DNA of 64,000 nucleotides from a plasmid: NCBI RefSeq assembly GCF_055900595.2, contig NZ_JBVWEU010000002.1; one strand, 5' to 3'. Shown piece by piece: positions 59,079 to 64,000 of this stretch (position 1 is its first letter; each line of letters starts with the position of its first letter). The notes under the pieces were generated by a model. It saw only the letters and a program-made list of their open reading frames with translations, ran no database searches and was not told where the DNA came from. The position numbers and the translations under genes were made by a program.

Positions 59079-61589
59079 TCACTTCACCTGACGACAGGGC
59101 AGCAGCAACTGTTGTGCCGGGTCCGGATGTGCCGGGATGTCCACCACACACTGTGTCCGGCCGTCCCAGCCGACATTCAGGGTTTCACCCGGATTCACCC
59201 CGCTCAGCCAGGCCAGACCGCTGTCTGCCACCATCCCCAGCTCACGGCCTTTCGCGTTTGTCACGCTGGCACCAAACGGCGGATGGCTGTTGTCTGCCAG
59301 ACGCAGCACAGCAAACAGACGGCTACCTTTCAGAACTTCAAACTCCCTGTAACCAATGGCCCCTTCCGTCAGGACCGATTCCACCACCGAGCGGGTGGCT
59401 TCCATGTCTTCCGGCAGCCTGTTCAGGTCCACTGAGGTGGTGTTGCGGTAATAGCTGCTCACATCCGTCACCACACCAATGCCCCACCGGTTGGTATAAA
59501 CCCGGCCACCGTCAACCGGCACACCTCCGACACCATCGGTATCCACCAGAAGACGGGTTCCTCCGTTCATGCCTCCGGCATGTAACGCAGCTCCTTTCAT
59601 CGTGACCGTCGCCCCCCCCGATGCACTCATCCCGAATGAGCTGTATCCGTTCTCCACGGCAGAGAAACTGGCTGACAGATTTGTCAGGGAACCGTTATGG
59701 TTGTAATAGGCACTCATTTGCCGTTGTGACGGCTGACCACCGCCACTGTTCACGCCGGCATTCAGGCTGTAACTGCTCAGGCCGTTATTCAGTGTGTCGC
59801 TGTAACCCACCGTATTGGTGTAACGGTCGTTGCTCATGCTGCCGCTGTAGCTGGCCGTACCGGTTCCCCACGGCACGGACAGACGAACAAACGCCGAATC
59901 GTTATCCCGGTTCTGGTATTTCGAACGGGATGCAGACAGCCCCAGCGCGATATTCTTAAAGCTGAACGCATCGAAGTAGCGGTTCACCGACAGCGTGTAA
60001 TAGTCAGATGTCCGGCGGTCCCAGTAAGTCTGATGGCTGTACTGCAGGTTGACCGATGCCTTCCAGTCCTCGAAGTTCTTGTTGAGCGTGACGGTGTACA
60101 GCTCCTTCTCACGTCCCGTGAAGTCATTCCGGTAACGGGCATTGAGATACTGGTCCATCGTCATGTAATTGCGTTCAGAGAAGCGGTAACCCGCAAAAGT
60201 GATATCCGTATTCACGTCATCAAAACGTTTGGAATAGCTCAGACGCCAGGATTTCCCCTGCTTCGTCTCTTCTCCCGGAATACGGGCCACGGACTGGGTT
60301 ACATCAGCGGAAACAGTACCGAACTCACTCAGGTCCCGGCCCAGCCCCACAGCCAGGGCGTTGTAATCCCCGGCAACGATACCGCCACCGTAAAGCGACC
60401 ACTTGTTACTGATACCCCAGGATGCCTCACCGGCAGCAAAAACCGGTCCCTCCATGGTGTGTTCATAATTACGCGAACGACCGGAAACCAGCCGGTAACG
60501 AACCTGGCCCGGACGGGTCAGATACGGCACATATGCCGTGTCCACCTGGAACGTTTTTTTCCGCCCGTCCTGCTCGATAACCTCAACATCCAGGCGACCA
60601 CGCACGGAGCTGTCCAGGTCCTGAATGGTGAACGGACCTGCCGGCACGGTGGAGTCATAAAGGATGCGTCCCTGCTGCGAAATCACGACACGCGCATTCG
60701 TATCCGCAATCCCTGAGACCTGCGGTGCATAACCGCGCAGTTTTGGCGGCAGCATGCGGTCATCACTTTCCAGACTGGCACCGGTGTAGCGCCAGGAGCT
60801 GAAAATCTCAGAATTGATGTAGTTCTCACCCAGTGTGAGATTTGCGCGCCAGCGCGGGATGGCGCGGTACATGTAGAAACGGCTCCAGGTGAACTGACTG
60901 TCCGTTCCCTGCCCGCTGCCGGTGGTGTGATTCAGGTTACCCTGATAGTCCGCACGCAGACGCCAGGCACCGAAGTTGGCCCCCGCAGTCCCGTTATAGC
61001 TCAGTGACTGTGACTGCTTTCCCTTGTGTGGCTTGTTCACCGTCCCGTTGATGTTGTAGTCAAACAACAGCCCCGGAATACCGTTATCCCAGCGAGACGG
61101 CGGCAGCCAGGAGGCGTCGGAATATTCCAGCCAGGCCTGCGGCATATTGATGTACAGCATCCCTTCTGCCGGATTCGGGCGTATCTCCACTCCGGATAAC
61201 TGTCGGAAATCCGCACATTGTCCGTTATTCCAGTACGTAACTTTTTCCTGTGACGCCTCAGTCAGTCCCATCCGGCTGACTATCTCCGGTGTCAGGCAGG
61301 GTTCTGGTAACGGTTTCTCGTTATCCGAATCCGAAAAAGGTGGTTCAAGAAACGCAATCTGAAATGCCGATGGTGAAATATCCTGGTCATTAACCCTGAT
61401 TTCCATCTGATACTGTCCGGGCATAATATAGCCGGCCCGGGAGAACCGGGAAAAATCAATATTCTGTCTGTCTGCGGCATCCAGAACATCCGTATTAAAA
61501 TCGACGGCATAGACAGGCACTCCTGCCAGAGAAAGCATCAATGAATACGTAATAAAATTGATGGTAAAAGTCGATTTATTTTTTTTCAT
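59079..61589 (-). CDS. Outer-membrane fimbrial usher, PapC-like (836 aa from MKKNKSTFTINF)
   Basis: ORF 59079..61649. Usher-typical size and position. Confidence 0.9.
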   Translation of the reverse strand: MKKNKSTFTINFITYSLMLSLAGVPVYAVDFNTDVLDAADRQNIDFSRFSRAGYIMPGQYQMEIRVNDQDISPSAFQIAFLEPPFSDSDNEKPLPEPCLTPEIVSRMGLTEASQEKVTYWNNGQCADFRQLSGVEIRPNPAEGMLYINMPQAWLEYSDASWLPPSRWDNGIPGLLFDYNINGTVNKPHKGKQSQSLSYNGTAGANFGAWRLRADYQGNLNHTTGSGQGTDSQFTWSRFYMYRAIPRWRANLTLGENYINSEIFSSWRYTGASLESDDRMLPPKLRGYAPQVSGIADTNARVVISQQGRILYDSTVPAGPFTIQDLDSSVRGRLDVEVIEQDGRKKTFQVDTAYVPYLTRPGQVRYRLVSGRSRNYEHTMEGPVFAAGEASWGISNKWSLYGGGIVAGDYNALAVGLGRDLSEFGTVSADVTQSVARIPGEETKQGKSWRLSYSKRFDDVNTDITFAGYRFSERNYMTMDQYLNARYRNDFTGREKELYTVTLNKNFEDWKASVNLQYSHQTYWDRRTSDYYTLSVNRYFDAFSFKNIALGLSASRSKYQNRDNDSAFVRLSVPWGTGTASYSGSMSNDRYTNTVGYSDTLNNGLSSYSLNAGVNSGGGQPSQRQMSAYYNHNGSLTNLSASFSAVENGYSSFGMSASGGATVTMKGAALHAGGMNGGTRLLVDTDGVGGVPVDGGRVYTNRWGIGVVTDVSSYYRNTTSVDLNRLPEDMEATRSVVESVLTEGAIGYREFEVLKGSRLFAVLRLADNSHPPFGASVTNAKGRELGMVADSGLAWLSGVNPGETLNVGWDGRTQCVVDIPAHPDPAQQLLLPCRQVK

Positions 61590-61709
61590 TATATGCAGCC
61601 GATTTAATACAAAAACACTTTGAGGGGCGCAACTAACTCTCTTCAACATTCAGGAATGTATTATTAACACTGTCGCTGATAGCAGTGAGCCCGGCTACTC
61701 CGGTTGTAT

Positions 61710-62297
61710 TTATTCGTAGTCCAGTTTAAAACGCAATGCAGCGTAGTAATCGCCAGCCTTTAATGGATAACCATTTCTGACAATGCGAAGAGAATAGTCA
61801 AGCCCGTCTTCATTCCCCCTGAGAATTAAAGGTGGCATGCTTTTTCCTGCTCTCGCCGGATATCCGTAATTATCCATAATCTGCAGATTTATACCTTCAG
61901 CCTGACCTGTCAGCGAGAATTTGTCCGGTGTTTCTCCGGGAATGCCATCAAAAGTCACACGCACCCGGGTTGCCGTATAGACCTGCTTTCCTGCACCTGC
62001 AAGCTCACAGTTGCGTAGCCGTAGCCGGAATTTTTTCTCGGGACCGGCAGGGCTGTTCTGTAAGTCCCTGAGTGGCGTGGTTCCCATATCAATTTCCTGC
62101 CAGGCATCCTCCATAGCCAGCGTACAGGCAGGAGCGATAACCTGCCCTTTAAAGCTGGCCCGCCCATCCCACCAGACGTGTTCTTCTCCCCAGTACTCGG
62201 GCAAAGTCATCCCCGGTGGTGGAAAAGAACCTGATGGCAGGGCCTGAGCCATCGCACACCAGAAAAACGGTACCGAAATGATCATGCGCCAGAACAT
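61710..62297 (-). CDS. Pilin-like subunit (195 aa), PapH-like position (possible terminator/anchor subunit)
   Basis: Between major subunit and usher. Size equal to PapH when started at MFWRMIISVPFFWCAMAQA. C-terminal ...KLDYE pilin motif. Confidence 0.55.
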   Translation of the reverse strand: MFWRMIISVPFFWCAMAQALPSGSFPPPGMTLPEYWGEEHVWWDGRASFKGQVIAPACTLAMEDAWQEIDMGTTPLRDLQNSPAGPEKKFRLRLRNCELAGAGKQVYTATRVRVTFDGIPGETPDKFSLTGQAEGINLQIMDNYGYPARAGKSMPPLILRGNEDGLDYSLRIVRNGYPLKAGDYYAALRFKLDYE

Positions 62298-62383
62298 GCG
62301 GTATTCCTTACTTCTCACTGGCAATTGTACGGGGACATATTCCCCGCACATATCAGATATCTCAAACAGAATTGCCCAACATA

Positions 62384-62911
62384 TTACTCGTAGGCCAGAT
62401 TGAAGTTAGCAACAGCGGTAAAATCGCCTTCTTTCAGGGTGCCACCAGTAGCTTTTTTAACCCAAGTACTGTAGCGCAGGGTATTATCACCTTCTTTAAC
62501 TTTTGTCGCGGAACCTGCTGTACCATCAAATGAAACCAGGCTGCCATTCGCAGCTGAGACAACTATTGCAGTCCCTGTATCACCAGTAGTACCTAACTCC
62601 TGATTCTGTCCATTGATTGTTGTACCAGTAAAAGAAACTTTCACACCATTGGTCAGTTTTCCGATTTCTGTGGCATCGCAGTTAACTAACTTGATATCCA
62701 GATCTTTTTTTACGGAAATTCCGTCTGCATTCAAATGTGCTTTAGAAATCTGGCCGAAATTAATTGTCTGATCTGCTGATTCTTGTGCAATACCACAAGG
62801 AGCATCAATTACTGTACCTTTGAAGTTAATAACGCCCTGTCCCTGATTAGCAGCATTAACGCCAAATGAAACAGTAGAAGCAAGCATGGTTGCAATAATA
62901 ACTTTATTCAT
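62384..62911 (-). CDS. Major fimbrial subunit (175 aa)
   Basis: Signal peptide, Cys pair, C-terminal beta-strand motif NFNLAYE. First gene after a ~400-bp AT-rich promoter region. Confidence 0.8.
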   Translation of the reverse strand: MNKVIIATMLASTVSFGVNAANQGQGVINFKGTVIDAPCGIAQESADQTINFGQISKAHLNADGISVKKDLDIKLVNCDATEIGKLTNGVKVSFTGTTINGQNQELGTTGDTGTAIVVSAANGSLVSFDGTAGSATKVKEGDNTLRYSTWVKKATGGTLKEGDFTAVANFNLAYE

Positions 62912-63452
62912 ATAACAAAACCCTGAGTTGAAAAAAATACATTTTATTGAGTGGCAAAAATTCTGTCACTCAACAAAAAGTACTTTTATGTCTCATAAAA
63001 GAATGTGAATAGTTAATTATCACACGTTAAGAAGTTCGTATATTCTGCTTCACATCAAAACTCAGCTTTTCTTATTTTTGGTTAATTTTATTCAGAATTA
63101 AAAAAATCACAATAATAATGATTTATCATCGCAATTCATTTTTACAGAATAAATAACCAGAAGCAAGTTATAACAAAGAGATATTTTCTATATTTTTCGA
63201 TTTATTGCGAATAAAACACCTATAATAATAGATATTCTCAGAGTAAAAAAATATGACAATCTTCTGTTTTGCATCAAAAATTGCAATAAAAGACCAAAAA
63301 ATACAAAATATATTTTTGTATAAAATTTGTTTTATTATTTCTTTATTTTCTGTTCCTGCGCCATTGTGTTTTGGGAGCCAGCAGGGGGCACAGTGAAACC
63401 GATATTGTACAGAAAGTACAGTAATTACAGTGTGTTACCTGCAGAGAGGCTA

Positions 63453-63725
63453 TCAGATTTCTGCTCCGGTATAGCAATCAAAAAAACAGTGCTCGCCGCA
63501 GACCGGTGACCGGGCGAAGCCCGCGAACCGGCGAGGAAGCGCAATGTATCTGTAGTTACAGTGAGCAGGTACGCCCTGAAGCCCTTTCATAAAACGGTTG
63601 TGTGCGCTGTCCTTCTGGAATGATTTATCCACATATCCGGAGGCCCGATCCAGTAAACAGATCCATGAATGATCAACAAAGGATCCATTAAAGATCCCCA
63701 TATCGCTGCAAACCTTGTCACTCAT
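63453..63725 (-). CDS. Short ORF (90 aa), possibly a gene fragment near the window edge
   Basis: ORF track only. No family recognised. Confidence 0.2.
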   Translation of the reverse strand: MSDKVCSDMGIFNGSFVDHSWICLLDRASGYVDKSFQKDSAHNRFMKGLQGVPAHCNYRYIALPRRFAGFARSPVCGEHCFFDCYTGAEI

Positions 63726-64000
63726 GGGCCGGGACCACGATCACATAAGCTGTGGCATGTTACTGATAAACTGTAACATGCTAATGATAAGCTGTATTCA
63801 GTAATCCATATACTGAAGTAAGTTAATGACATAAACTATGGTCAGTATGCCAGACTCAGTTGTTAAATACAGGCTGCAGGTTTTTCTTCAGTCAGTTAGC
63901 GGAGTTCTGACACACGATTTTCTGTTTATTCTTTTACTGTCCACAGGCTGGAGGCTTTCTGGAAAACGAAAATTCAGACATCAAAAAAATGTTCGGCGAG

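Noticed and set aside
62912-63330. Dam-methylation (GATC) phase-variation switch upstream of the fimbrial major subunit
   Set aside because: I found no GATC in this AT-rich region by eye, so a Pap-type Dam/Lrp switch is not supported. A computational scan should confirm.

Overview
This window is a segment of an F-like (IncF) conjugative plasmid from Enterobacteriaceae, read here almost entirely on the minus strand. All protein assignments are by-eye recognition from the translated ORF track and memory of the F-plasmid families; no database search was run. From low to high coordinates it holds: (1) a near-complete F-type tra/trb transfer operon, traI (5' 4.76 kb, runs off the window start) back through traD, traT, traS, traG, traH, trbB, traQ, trbA, traF, trbE, traN, trbC, traU, traW, trbI, traC, traR, traV, traP, traB, traK, traE, traL, traA, traY, traJ and traM, with finP antisense RNA and oriT (F-type nic-site sequence at about 35117-35136). 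The operon is interrupted between traN and trbE by about 4.3 kb of IS DNA (IS3-family orfA/orfB plus IS21-family istA/istB). (2) The leading region: gene X/orf169, hok/mok/sok, psiA, psiB, a ParB-like nuclease-domain protein, ssb, several small unknown ORFs and three structured GC-rich non-coding elements resembling Frpo/ssi single-strand promoters. (3) A sopA-sopB-sopC partition locus with only four 43-bp sopC repeats. (4) An IS21-family transposase remnant, a hexapeptide-repeat acyltransferase and small unknown ORFs. (5) The colicin Ia gene with convergent immunity gene and a putative SOS box. (6) A yqjD/ElaB-like four-gene membrane stress cluster. (7) A Pap-like chaperone-usher fimbrial operon with a PapB-like regulator. 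No rRNA, tRNA or CRISPR was found. I did not find one clear-cut new system; the best candidates for undescribed biology are the uncharacterised ORFs in the leading region, the three cargo ORFs between traR and traC, and the small membrane protein beside the colicin Ia module.
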